From a virus, in IMG/VR virus record IMGVR_UViG_3300033571_024432, positions 1-64,000 of that record: 64,000 bases of DNA; one strand, given 5' to 3'. Made by a program: the position numbers and the translations under genes. Positions 29,978-40,452 of the stretch are shown here, in pieces (the first letter of the stretch is position 1; each line of letters begins with the position of its first letter). The notes under the pieces are model-generated. The model saw only the letters and a list, made by a program, of their open reading frames with translations, did not search any database and was not told the origin of the DNA.

Positions 29978-30283
29978 ATGAATAGATATAAAAACAATGG
30001 AGTATTTGTTGATAATAGTGTGATGGTATCATCTAAATATATGACATCTAAATTGACATCTGAGATATATCAGGCATGTGAAAGTGGATTGATTCCATTT
30101 AAGTTTTCTGTATTTAAATCAGGAGATAGACTTGATTTGATATCAGGGAATGAATATGGAAATGGATTTGATTGGTGGTTAATAGCTGCAGCTAGTGGAA
30201 TAGGTTGGTGGTTGCAGATAAATGATGATACAGTATTGAGAATACCCGATCGTGATAAAATAAGAGAAAGATTTAATTTATAA
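29978..30283 (+). CDS. LysM-like baseplate wedge protein
   Basis: GDRLDLIS..EYG....WWLIAAASGI...LRIP. Confidence 0.75.
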   Translation: MNRYKNNGVFVDNSVMVSSKYMTSKLTSEIYQACESGLIPFKFSVFKSGDRLDLISGNEYGNGFDWWLIAAASGIGWWLQINDDTVLRIPDRDKIRERFNL

Positions 30284-30351
30284 AATATATTATCTGAGAT
30301 TTATTTTTATAATTGATATAGTTAATAAATAAAATATTGGATTAATTATAA

Positions 30352-33300
30352 ATGGCTGAAAATATAAATCGTTCTAATACTAGTAGAATATTTAATGAAA
30401 ATAATTTTTCTAGATTTTTACCAATTATTTCAAATGTAGAATTTTTAAAACAATCATCTCAAGGTAATAAAGCAAATGCTGATATTACTGATACGTCATT
30501 TATTGGAAAAAAATTAGGTAAAATGGCAAATGTAATAATTGGTGATCAAACATCGCAGATAGAATTACAAAAAATATCAGAATTAATTCAATCAGTTTCA
30601 AAATTTGGTTTATTTACAAATGAAATATTAAAAGATGTAAAAAATATCAAAGATATTGGCGATTCAATCAAAATAACTTATATAAAGCCTAGTGATTTAG
30701 ATAAGTTTTTTGGTAATAATCAAAGTGTCAATTTTTCTACTGCTAATAATAATAGTAAAATATTGAATGAAAAAGATATTGCAACTTTATTTAATGAAAA
30801 TCCTAAAGAAATTAATAATTTAGATGAATTACAATTTACAAAAAATACAAAAAACAATACTTTTAAACATACAAAAAATTTAAATCGTCAAGGTTTAAGT
30901 GCTATACAAATATTAAATCCAAATTTGAGAGCGTGTTTTAAAAATAGTCAAGAAATTGATGCTTTTTTCAATATGATTAGTACATTAGACATGTCTATGG
31001 CTATTCCATATGTAAAAGCTGATTTAATTATTCCTGAATCATTTACACAACAAAAGGCTAGCGCAGAGTCAGGCGACACTAAAGATATACAGAAAAAAAG
31101 ATATATAACAGCATCATTACATAATTTTTTATATGGTTCAGAATTTGCATCTGATGCTAATAATTTTACAAATAATTCAAGGGCTATTAATGGCGAATAT
31201 AAAAACGATGAATATTCTTTTCGAGCTTATAAATCAAATAGACCTACAAGTGCAGATGGTAGCTATGATAATCAAGCAAATGATAATAGCACAAGTTCGC
31301 CAGCATCAACTAATAAAATAGTTCAAGAAAAATATATACGTCAGCATATGAATAATGCTATATTTTTTGCGCCACAAACAATGGTAAATGCTGATATTGA
31401 TTTGAATAATACATCAGGCGTTGTGTCTAAAGATGCCGTGATTGATAAATTCAGACCTTTTATGAGTATTTTAAGTTTATCATTTGATGTAAGACCTAGT
31501 AAAGGTTTGATGTTTTATAAAACAGCATCTATGGAAATGATATTATATGACAAAGCTAGAATGCCAGAAATTGCTCCATTTATTAAACCTGAATTATTGA
31601 ATGTACATTCTTCTGAAATTATATTGGAATACGGTTGGCAACATAATTTAGGAGATACTGATATTATTCCTGACGATGATATTGCTAATAGAAATCCTAT
31701 TGCACAATTTATTAATAGTTTAAAGGTTCGTGAAAAATATGTTATTGTTAATAGTTCATATAATATTAATGAAAATGGTACTGTTACAATAAGTTTAAGT
31801 CTTTCAATGAAAGGTCCTACAGAATTACGTGGGACACCTATGCCACAAGATTCTGCATTAGCAGAACTTGAATCAAAATTGATTAGATATACACAATTTT
31901 TTAAAAATGAAATATTTAAACAAAAATTTAAAGGTGAAGAAGTAAACGCATTTGGAAATCTATCAAATTCTCTTTCAAAGGCAATTGGCACTGGAAATAT
32001 AGATAGCAAAGACATAAATGAAATTAGATCACAAATTTCAAAATTTCGAAAAGAAAACGATTCAATTAAACAAACAAAACAATATTCTGAAATATTTAAT
32101 GATATTGAATTACAATTAAAAAATGCTACTGACGTTATTACTGACGCAGCAAAGACTAAAAAAAGTTTTTTAGATAACAATTTTAATTTTTTAAATGATC
32201 CTAAGATATTTGAAAATGATCCTTTTATTGATGAATTGTGGTGGAAAAAAAATGGATTTGATAATAAGACACATGTAAGTTTAGGTTGCATTTTAACATA
32301 TATAGTTGGAAAGTTTATATTAAAAGTTAATACATTTGATGAAATACAATTGGTTTTTTATAATTTAAATGCAAAAGCAATTAGGGCTAGTTATTTAAAT
32401 ATTGCGTCAATACCAGTTAATCTAGATAATTTTAAGCAGTGGATTCAAAAAACATTAAATCGTATCACAAAAATATCAGTTGAAGAATTAATAACTTTAA
32501 TATTAAAAAGATGTGTAAATGAAAAAGCAGCAGATGTTTATGGTTTAAATCAATTTTTTATATATGATCAAAATGATTCAGCTGTATTTAATACAAGAAA
32601 GAATCAGATTGAAAATAATGAAGATATTGATCAAAAAAAAGTAATAACTGAAGAGCAAAACAAAGCAGATATTCAACAAATAAATAAAAGTTTAAAAGGA
32701 GAAATATTTAAACAATATTATGACTTTAAAATTGAAGAATTTGGTCGTGATACTACTGAAGAAGCAATTAAAAAAAAGTTGGACGAGTTAAATCAAGGAA
32801 TATATGATTTAACATTTAATACACCAAAAGTAGTTATGAATTTTGATTCAATTTATCATGAGAACGATAAAAATATTTCAATTTTAAGAATACACTTTTA
32901 TGATAATTTAGATAATCCGTATGAATCATTAACAGATGTAATCTCTTCAATACAAAGTGGTAATATTTCAAAAGCTTTATCTTCTATTCATACATACAGA
33001 ATGTCAAAATATCAAGGTAAAAATTCTGTATCAACAACAGATACAACAACAAGTACAAATGAACCTATTCAACAACAGCAATTAGCAAATGAAGCAAAAG
33101 AAATAATACAATATTTAATTTCAGAAAAAATAATTAAACTAACTAAAAAAAATAATGGTACAGAAACTCAAACAAACGATCTATTTGATAATAATTTATC
33201 AAGCATCAAAATTAATATAACAGATAAATTTGATAAAACAAATCAGTTTATAAATTTGAAACAAAAATTTAAATCTTATATGCCTTCATTGACATTAGGG

Positions 33301-33891
33301 CAAACTAGAAGTGCATTATTGAGTGGTAACATCACTACAAATCAAGATGCTAAGTATTCAACTGCTTTATTGACAAGACAAAGTGGTGAAGTATTTACTT
33401 CTCCTGAACAAGATGTTGATATAGATTTATTTAATGAGAGTAATGAAGCACCGATGTTTGTAATACCTTCACAGGCGTCTGCACAAATTATTGGCTGTCC
33501 TTTAATTAATTTTTCACAATTAATTTTTTTAGATTTTAATACAGGCACAACTGTTGATAATATGTATTTTGTAAATGGTATTAAACATTCAATTACACCA
33601 GGAAAATTTTCAACAGATTTAACATTGGTTCAAAACGATTTATACTCAAGATATGAATCACAAGCAACATCTATCGCACAATTTTTAATAAATCTCAGAG
33701 ATTTAAATGACGCTAATAAAAAAGATGAACTTAAAGATGCAGCAAATGCAAATATCGAAATGCAAAGAAGATCACCTAACTCAGGTTCAGAATCAAAAAC
33801 TGAAGATTTTATTGTTCAAAATCAAGAAGCAAATTACTTGTTTGATATTTACATTCAGTATGAAAATCATGCTGGAAATAATGATGATTAA
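30352..33891 (+). CDS. Baseplate hub protein (gp27/gpD-like)
   Basis: LEYGW, plus C-terminal IIGCPLI..SQLIFLDF.T....NMYFVNGIKHSITPGKFSTDL. Confidence 0.6.
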   Translation: MAENINRSNTSRIFNENNFSRFLPIISNVEFLKQSSQGNKANADITDTSFIGKKLGKMANVIIGDQTSQIELQKISELIQSVSKFGLFTNEILKDVKNIKDIGDSIKITYIKPSDLDKFFGNNQSVNFSTANNNSKILNEKDIATLFNENPKEINNLDELQFTKNTKNNTFKHTKNLNRQGLSAIQILNPNLRACFKNSQEIDAFFNMISTLDMSMAIPYVKADLIIPESFTQQKASAESGDTKDIQKKRYITASLHNFLYGSEFASDANNFTNNSRAINGEYKNDEYSFRAYKSNRPTSADGSYDNQANDNSTSSPASTNKIVQEKYIRQHMNNAIFFAPQTMVNADIDLNNTSGVVSKDAVIDKFRPFMSILSLSFDVRPSKGLMFYKTASMEMILYDKARMPEIAPFIKPELLNVHSSEIILEYGWQHNLGDTDIIPDDDIANRNPIAQFINSLKVREKYVIVNSSYNINENGTVTISLSLSMKGPTELRGTPMPQDSALAELESKLIRYTQFFKNEIFKQKFKGEEVNAFGNLSNSLSKAIGTGNIDSKDINEIRSQISKFRKENDSIKQTKQYSEIFNDIELQLKNATDVITDAAKTKKSFLDNNFNFLNDPKIFENDPFIDELWWKKNGFDNKTHVSLGCILTYIVGKFILKVNTFDEIQLVFYNLNAKAIRASYLNIASIPVNLDNFKQWIQKTLNRITKISVEELITLILKRCVNEKAADVYGLNQFFIYDQNDSAVFNTRKNQIENNEDIDQKKVITEEQNKADIQQINKSLKGEIFKQYYDFKIEEFGRDTTEEAIKKKLDELNQGIYDLTFNTPKVVMNFDSIYHENDKNISILRIHFYDNLDNPYESLTDVISSIQSGNISKALSSIHTYRMSKYQGKNSVSTTDTTTSTNEPIQQQQLANEAKEIIQYLISEKIIKLTKKNNGTETQTNDLFDNNLSSIKINITDKFDKTNQFINLKQKFKSYMPSLTLGQTRSALLSGNITTNQDAKYSTALLTRQSGEVFTSPEQDVDIDLFNESNEAPMFVIPSQASAQIIGCPLINFSQLIFLDFNTGTTVDNMYFVNGIKHSITPGKFSTDLTLVQNDLYSRYESQATSIAQFLINLRDLNDANKKDELKDAANANIEMQRRSPNSGSESKTEDFIVQNQEANYLFDIYIQYENHAGNNDD

Positions 33892-33915
33892 AAATTAGAT
33901 TAAGAAAGAATAAAT

Positions 33916-34692
33916 ATGATAAATAGTAATATTGATAAAATTGGTGAAATCAGAGGCATAAGTTTTGTATATACATTAAAACCTACATTAAATTTATTAG
34001 GATTAAAACCTAGCAGTGATAAACCGGTTAGCATTATAGTTAAAGGGACTGAATCAATAAATTTATCACTTTCTAATTTAGAAAGAATTAATAGTCTTGA
34101 TATAATTCCACCAGAATATCAAACAAACGCAACTAATTTATTAATTAAATTTTCAGCATTATTAAATCGTTGTTTTGTTATAGATAATAAAAGTTTTTAT
34201 GGTAATGAAAATATAGGTTCTTTTAAGTTACCATTTATATCTGGGTATAGAAGTGTAAATTCAAATGATAGTGTCGGTGGTGCACAAAATTCAAAACATT
34301 TAACAGGCGAAGCTCTTGATTTTAATTTACAGTATGCAGCTGACGCTATAGTTGATGTTATAAAAATTTCTTACTTAATTTTAAAAGATGTATATAAAAT
34401 AGATGATAATACTCTTAATAATTTATTTGATATTAAAAATAATAATACTAATTCAAATGAACCAAATATTTTTACATTTAAAGATCTAGCATATAAACGT
34501 CAGGTATTACAAATAAATAGTACAGATGTTGATTCATTGCCTAAAACATTTTTTGTTTATGAACAACAAAATTTTATACATGTAGATATTAGGAAAGAAG
34601 AAGAAGGAAAAATAATATTTCAAGCAAAAGAAAGACCAACCACTAGCAACATAAAAAAACCAACATCAAATAATGAGAATGATAATGATTAA
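33916..34692 (+). CDS. Peptidase M15 family Zn peptidoglycan peptidase
   Basis: ISGYRS..N..VGGAQNSKHLTGEALDF...FIHVD (His, Asp, His ligands). Confidence 0.85.
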   Translation: MINSNIDKIGEIRGISFVYTLKPTLNLLGLKPSSDKPVSIIVKGTESINLSLSNLERINSLDIIPPEYQTNATNLLIKFSALLNRCFVIDNKSFYGNENIGSFKLPFISGYRSVNSNDSVGGAQNSKHLTGEALDFNLQYAADAIVDVIKISYLILKDVYKIDDNTLNNLFDIKNNNTNSNEPNIFTFKDLAYKRQVLQINSTDVDSLPKTFFVYEQQNFIHVDIRKEEEGKIIFQAKERPTTSNIKKPTSNNENDND

Positions 34693-36124
34693 TAATTTAA
34701 AAAAAAATAAAGATTTTGTAAATATAATAAAAATTAACGAAACAGAAAATGATAAAATATTAAAAAAATTTTTAGAAATATCTGCGGATCATATTAAACC
34801 TGGATTATATATAAGTCCCCAATATGATTTTCAATTAATAACAAATGATATTCGTAATAAAATAGGAGCAAATGATTATATTAATTATTTAAATTCGATA
34901 GATGAAGAAACTGTATCACTTGCTGGAACAAATAAAAATAGTAAAATAACAAATACTAAAATTTTAAATGAAAAACAAATAGATAAAATTGTTGATAATC
35001 TTAATGCTTTTAAAAGTTTTGATACACAAAATAACCAAAAAAGATCATATTTCGATTTTATATTTCCAATGAGATTATTGAAAGATGATACACAACTTTC
35101 AGATGATGATTTTTTAAATTATGTAATGCAACCTATATTTTTAGTAATTAGAATATTTGATATATCAAAAAAAGTAGATATTGATGCAACAATATCAAAA
35201 GTAAAAGATAAAACAAATGTTAATTTTAATAGTAATGATATCAGAGAAATTGACTTAATATTAGAAGATAATTCTTCTAAATATGAAGTTTTCTTTTTAG
35301 TTAAAGAAGACAATAATATTATTTTTTATTCTGATGTTATTATGCAAAGCATTAATAATTCAACAAATATTAAAAATATTTTATATGCAGAAGAAACATA
35401 TTTTAAAAAAACAAAAATAAGTAAAAAAGATTCACCTTTCGATCATTTAGATATTAATATTTCTTTTGATGAAAAAAAAATAACATTATCAAGCAATTTC
35501 AATTTTTCAATTAGAAATAAACCATTCGAAAATAATGCAAATTATAGTTATGCAGAGTATTCAAGTAAATTTAAAATTAATAATTTTTTTAAAGCGGCAG
35601 CAAATAATGAACATGTTATTAATTTTAACAATTTCAAAATAAACGAAAATGACACTTTAATTCATAATAATTTATTTTTAGATAGTTATACAAAAGATAA
35701 AGATACCAGTGACGCTTTTGCTGAAGCTATAAAAAATAAAAGTACAGAAAAAGATATTCAATTAAGAAATATAACTCAGTTATATTATGAGTTAATTTCA
35801 TCTGATGATACTAGGTTATCATTAAGAAATTTACAAAAATTTAAATCAGAGATACGGGCTTGGAATAACATATGTCATATAATTACTAACAATAAGAATA
35901 TATATTCAAATTATTTTGAGTTGACAAATGCTAGTGCAGATTTATGGCCTATGGCATTTTCAACTGTAGGTATGAGAGGATATTATATTCTTACTTTGGA
36001 AGGATATATAAATGAAATATATGAAGGATTGAAAAACCCAATTAAAGAACATTCTATTGATTTAAATGAATTGTATAAGTATATTGTTAATAATATAATA
36101 AGATTAGATGTAACATTACTTTAA
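34685..36124 (+). CDS. Hypothetical protein
   Basis: Long ORF coupled to the upstream gene; no motif recognised. Confidence 0.6.
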   Translation: MINNLKKNKDFVNIIKINETENDKILKKFLEISADHIKPGLYISPQYDFQLITNDIRNKIGANDYINYLNSIDEETVSLAGTNKNSKITNTKILNEKQIDKIVDNLNAFKSFDTQNNQKRSYFDFIFPMRLLKDDTQLSDDDFLNYVMQPIFLVIRIFDISKKVDIDATISKVKDKTNVNFNSNDIREIDLILEDNSSKYEVFFLVKEDNNIIFYSDVIMQSINNSTNIKNILYAEETYFKKTKISKKDSPFDHLDINISFDEKKITLSSNFNFSIRNKPFENNANYSYAEYSSKFKINNFFKAAANNEHVINFNNFKINENDTLIHNNLFLDSYTKDKDTSDAFAEAIKNKSTEKDIQLRNITQLYYELISSDDTRLSLRNLQKFKSEIRAWNNICHIITNNKNIYSNYFELTNASADLWPMAFSTVGMRGYYILTLEGYINEIYEGLKNPIKEHSIDLNELYKYIVNNIIRLDVTLL

Positions 36125-36143
36125 ATTTATATAGGTTTTTTTT

Positions 36144-37181
36144 ATGGATCAAGAATTGTATTCAATTTTTTTAGAAAATGAAGTATTTGTAGATTTTAAA
36201 AAGTTTTTTAAGGATTTAAAAACTGATTTTAATATGTTGAGTTTACCTAAGCATTTCATAGGAAGATATGAAGAAGAAGTTGATAAGATTGAAAATTTGA
36301 TTATTAAGAAGGATGAGAAAAATTATAGATATGTGTTTAATAAGAATAATGAGTTATTTAAAAAAATACGAGATATAAGAGTTGATAAATTATTATTGAG
36401 TATGTATAAAAAGATTGAGAAGCATGAAGGTAATATTTCTTTGTTGAATAGTTTTCGTGATGGTGATTGTATTGAATATACTAGATCTGAGATTGTAACA
36501 GGTAGATTGAGTATTAAGAATGGTCCTAAATTGATGAATTTGCCTAAAAAATATAGAAATATATTGAAAAGTCGATTTGATAATGGCGAGATTTTGATGG
36601 TGGATTATAAATCTTTGGAACCGAGAGTTGCAAGATATATAGTGGGTGAGAAAGCTGCAGAGGATATATATCAGGACATTTGTGATAGAATGGATTTTTT
36701 GGTTGATAGAAGTGTGATGAAAAAAGCTGTGATATCTGTGTTATATGGTATATCAGAGGAAAGTATGAATATTGGAGAATTGTCTCTAGATAAGGTTAGA
36801 GACATCAGGATGAAAGTTTTGGAGTATTTTAATATAAATTATATTCTTAAACTTGCGATGCAACAGAACGCATCTGGATATTATATGACTTATTTTGGTC
36901 GACCTATTCATTGGAATAAAGAAGAAGTTCATTTGAATCAAATTTTGAATGGTTATATTCAAGGGACAGCAGTTGATGTTGCATTATCAGGATTTTTGGA
37001 GTTAGTTAATAATTTCGATGATAAAATGATACCAATTGGATTAATTCATGATGCGATGTTGGTAGATGTAGCAGCAGAAAGTAAAAATTCTTTTGTAAAG
37101 TTAGTAAAAAATAATTATAATTATAATAACTTAGGTTACTTTCCTTTAAATATAGAAACTATTTCACAAAGAAAGAGTTAA
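36144..37181 (+). CDS. polA: Minimal family A DNA polymerase domain
   Basis: TGRLS, DYKSLEPR (motif A), R...KKAVISVLYG (motif B), IQGTAVD, IHDA (motif C). Confidence 0.8.
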   Translation: MDQELYSIFLENEVFVDFKKFFKDLKTDFNMLSLPKHFIGRYEEEVDKIENLIIKKDEKNYRYVFNKNNELFKKIRDIRVDKLLLSMYKKIEKHEGNISLLNSFRDGDCIEYTRSEIVTGRLSIKNGPKLMNLPKKYRNILKSRFDNGEILMVDYKSLEPRVARYIVGEKAAEDIYQDICDRMDFLVDRSVMKKAVISVLYGISEESMNIGELSLDKVRDIRMKVLEYFNINYILKLAMQQNASGYYMTYFGRPIHWNKEEVHLNQILNGYIQGTAVDVALSGFLELVNNFDDKMIPIGLIHDAMLVDVAAESKNSFVKLVKNNYNYNNLGYFPLNIETISQRKS

Positions 37182-37185
37182 TTTT

Positions 37186-37809
37186 ATGAATACAATGAAT
37201 GAAAATCAATTGACAGACTTATATACTACATATTCTGGTTATTTGAATAGATTCCAAGATGAAAATATTAATAAATTTTTAGAAGAAAATGGAGAAAGAT
37301 TATTGTTATCTACATATGGATTAAAAAAAGATGATCCTTATTGTGGACCAGGTGGTATTATGAAATATGCATTGGATTCTTTTGCAATTTCAACAAAAAT
37401 GTTAAAAGCAATTCAATTTGATGTGAATCAAGAAGAGATTTCAATCAAATCATTAGCATTAATTACATTATTAGGATTAATTGGCAGAATGGGTGATTTA
37501 GAAAATGAACAATTTGTCGAACAAAAGAGTGATTGGCACAGAAATAAATTAGGTCAATTATATGATTGGAATCCAAATTGTCAAAAAATGTCAATTCCAC
37601 ACAGATCATTATTTTTATTACAACATTATAATATTAAACTAACATATCAAGAAATGTTAGGCATTATTTGTTCAGAAGGTATGCATTTAGAAGAAAACAG
37701 ATTTTATGTAAATGATTTACCTATTGTTTCAAAAGTTGCTATGATGTCTTTTGATTTAGCTTATGAGAATGAAAGAAAATTTATTAAATTAAATAACGTA
37801 AATGTATAA
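37186..37809 (+). CDS. HD-domain-like protein with degenerate metal ligands
   Basis: GPGGIMKYALD, LLGLIGRMGD, Y.WN....M....RSLFLLQHY.I.L...E..GI..SEG resemble the phage HD hydrolase layout. Confidence 0.5.
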   Translation: MNTMNENQLTDLYTTYSGYLNRFQDENINKFLEENGERLLLSTYGLKKDDPYCGPGGIMKYALDSFAISTKMLKAIQFDVNQEEISIKSLALITLLGLIGRMGDLENEQFVEQKSDWHRNKLGQLYDWNPNCQKMSIPHRSLFLLQHYNIKLTYQEMLGIICSEGMHLEENRFYVNDLPIVSKVAMMSFDLAYENERKFIKLNNVNV

Positions 37810-37841
37810 AAAAATATATTTAATAATATTAGGTGATAATC

Positions 37842-38039
37842 ATGAATCAAAATCAAATATTATTAAATATATTTAATCGTTTATTGGCAGAATCAGATTT
37901 AAATGAATTTTCTGCTTTAGGTGGTGGTGCAATCACAGGTTTTAGCTCACCTGCGCCATATATTATCGATAAAAAAAATCGAGTTAGAAAAAAAAGAAGA
38001 AAAAAATTATCTGAAATTGATTTCAACAAAGAGATGTAA
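37842..38039 (+). CDS. Small protein with leader motif
   Basis: ATG 37842 after AGGTGA; RLLAESDLNEFSALGGGAITGF followed by a basic tail. Confidence 0.6.
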   Translation: MNQNQILLNIFNRLLAESDLNEFSALGGGAITGFSSPAPYIIDKKNRVRKKRRKKLSEIDFNKEM

Positions 38040-38041
38040 AA

Positions 38042-38254
38042 ATGCAAGAAAAAGATAAATCAAATCCACAACATTATAAAAATAAAGTATCTCCAATAGA
38101 TATAATTGAAATGTATGATTTGAATTTTAGTTTAGGAAATGTAATTAAATATGTATTGAGGGCTGGTAAGAAAGATGGTGAAAGTGATTATGATGATTTA
38201 AGTAAAGCTTTATGGTACTTAAATAGGGAAATAGATCGATTGAATTTAAAATAA
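38042..38254 (+). CDS. DUF3310 (SaV-like) protein
   Basis: NPQHY...IDIIE...FSLGNVIKYVLRAGKKD...DLSKALWYL. Confidence 0.8.
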   Translation: MQEKDKSNPQHYKNKVSPIDIIEMYDLNFSLGNVIKYVLRAGKKDGESDYDDLSKALWYLNREIDRLNLK

Positions 38255-38357
38255 TAATATATAATATTAAAATGAATATTATATGAGTTTATTAAAAAAG
38301 TGTAATATTATTATGATATTAACAAAGATTCATATGAGTCAAAAGAAAGAGAATAAA

Positions 38358-39488
38358 ATGACTAGTTTTAAAAATATTTTAAATAATTTTTTATTTGAAT
38401 CTACAGATAATCCCAAAAGTATTGAAATGGATTTAGATAAAAGATATGAAAATGATATCGAATTAAAAGATATTGAATTTAAATCAAGTCCTGGTTGGTA
38501 TGAATTAGATATGATTATACACGACTTAAAAAAAATAAGTAAAAAAAATTTTATTTCTCCAGACAAAATATCAATTAATGATTTTTTATTAAGTAAAGGT
38601 TATAATCTATTAGGTAGTGGAGCTTATAGAGACGTTTATTCTATGAGTAATTGTCCATGGGTAATAAAAGTTGATAAATCACTTAGGGGTAATTATAATA
38701 CTAGGGAATTAAATATTTATTTTTATAAAAAAATGGGAACAGGAACATTAGGTTTATATCCTAAAATATATGCATGGGATAATACTGTAAATAAATTACG
38801 TGGTAAATTGATAAAAGATGATCAAAGTCCTGTTAGATGGATTATATTTGAAAAAGTAGTACCAATTAAAACCGTTTCAACTTTAAAAAGTATTTTTAAA
38901 CCTTTTTATAGAGATTTAGACTTATATTTAAATGAATTAATCAAAATAGGATTAGCTGAACATTCTATTTTTGATTATATTAATGATGATCCTGAATATG
39001 AAAAAGCTGCAGGATATACAACAGAAGATATGAATACAATGAATTGGTGGAAATTAATTTATGATAATTTATTACAATTAAAGAAATTCAGAAGAGTTTC
39101 AATTCGTAATATGAAAAAACATTTTACTGATCCTTCTTTATATAATCTTTCTCAAAAAGAAAATGAATTATTTTTCTCAAAAGGCAAAGTTAATGATACA
39201 AATATTAATACAACTTTTTTAAAATTTTTATTTAAGCAGATTCATCAAAGATATATCGAATCAGATGTGTTAGAAAGAAAATTTGTTAATATATCTTTTA
39301 AAATCTGCGATGATCTAGGTATTTTTAAATCATTTTCTCCTGACGTAGCTTATATTTATAAAGACTTTGCGAATGATATGTGGGAAGATATGCATATTAA
39401 AAATCTTGGTTATAGACCTCATATTTTAGAAAAATCATTAAATTCATGGGAATCTCTAGCATTTTTGGATTTTGCTGAGGATTATTAA
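38358..39488 (+). CDS. Protein kinase-like enzyme, paralog 2
   Basis: LGSGAYRDVY, WVIKV, WIIFEKV, DMHIKN, FLDFA. Start moved to MTSFKNILNNFLFES. Confidence 0.8.
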   Translation: MTSFKNILNNFLFESTDNPKSIEMDLDKRYENDIELKDIEFKSSPGWYELDMIIHDLKKISKKNFISPDKISINDFLLSKGYNLLGSGAYRDVYSMSNCPWVIKVDKSLRGNYNTRELNIYFYKKMGTGTLGLYPKIYAWDNTVNKLRGKLIKDDQSPVRWIIFEKVVPIKTVSTLKSIFKPFYRDLDLYLNELIKIGLAEHSIFDYINDDPEYEKAAGYTTEDMNTMNWWKLIYDNLLQLKKFRRVSIRNMKKHFTDPSLYNLSQKENELFFSKGKVNDTNINTTFLKFLFKQIHQRYIESDVLERKFVNISFKICDDLGIFKSFSPDVAYIYKDFANDMWEDMHIKNLGYRPHILEKSLNSWESLAFLDFAEDY

Positions 39489-39520
39489 ATTATATATAAA
39501 TATTAAAGGTTATTATTACA

Positions 39521-40357
39521 ATGGAAATATTAAGAAAATATATCAATTTATTATTTGAATCATCTGGAAATTATAATATTGATAATGAAAAAGAATTATT
39601 TGAAACAATTAAAGCATTAAAAGAAAATAAAATGAGATATACAATCGAATATTCAAATTTTATTTCAGATGTTTTAGGATTTGATTTAATTGGACAAGGT
39701 GAAACAAGAACAGTTTATTCTAAACCTGGATTAAATTTTGTAATAAAAACAGGTGATAGAGAAAATTTAAGAGAAATTAGACACATTTTAAAATATAATT
39801 TAATTAATTTACCAAAACTATATGCATATGATGAAGATAAAGGTTATTGGATGATAGTAGAAAAAGTAGAGCTATTTAAAAAAGTAGATTCTGAATTTGA
39901 TCATACTGACTTCAATTCTAACGTATTTTTACAAATATTTCCAACTGCAAATGAACTTATAAATATAATAGAGGAGTTAATTCAAAAAGGTTTATTAGAC
40001 GAAAAAATATATGAAGGTTATTCTGAATATTATTATTTATCTTTTAATGAAAAATATTATTTAACTTACGATATTATACAAAAAACAATTGATGAATATA
40101 GCGTATCTTTATTTGAAAGCTTTCTATATTACTGTGAAGATTATTTTATTAATGTAGATTCAGAACAAATAGATAATATCAAATCAAAAATATCCAATAT
40201 TGTTACATCAGATATTGATTATTTAAAAAGTGTATTGAATAATACACAAATTATAGATATTCATATTGACAATATTGGATATAGAAAAAACGAAGAAAAC
40301 AAATATACAATTAAAGATCTAATTATCTTAGATACTGCTGGTATTCAACACACATAA
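39521..40357 (+). CDS. Protein kinase-like enzyme, paralog 3
   Basis: IGQGETRTVY, FVIKT, WMIVEKV, DIHIDN, ILDTAG. Confidence 0.78.
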   Translation: MEILRKYINLLFESSGNYNIDNEKELFETIKALKENKMRYTIEYSNFISDVLGFDLIGQGETRTVYSKPGLNFVIKTGDRENLREIRHILKYNLINLPKLYAYDEDKGYWMIVEKVELFKKVDSEFDHTDFNSNVFLQIFPTANELINIIEELIQKGLLDEKIYEGYSEYYYLSFNEKYYLTYDIIQKTIDEYSVSLFESFLYYCEDYFINVDSEQIDNIKSKISNIVTSDIDYLKSVLNNTQIIDIHIDNIGYRKNEENKYTIKDLIILDTAGIQHT

Positions 40358-40383
40358 AAAAATTAAAAAAACAACCCACCACC

Positions 40384-40402
40384 ATCTAATACGTGGACAA
40401 AA
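40384..40402 (+). repeat. 19-bp intergenic element, copy 2 (ATCTAATACGTGGACAAAA)
   Basis: Identical to 1649..1667. Confidence 0.85.
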
Positions 40403-40452
40403 TAATATATAAATATAAAATTATAATAATTAATAACAAAAAAGGTTTATAA

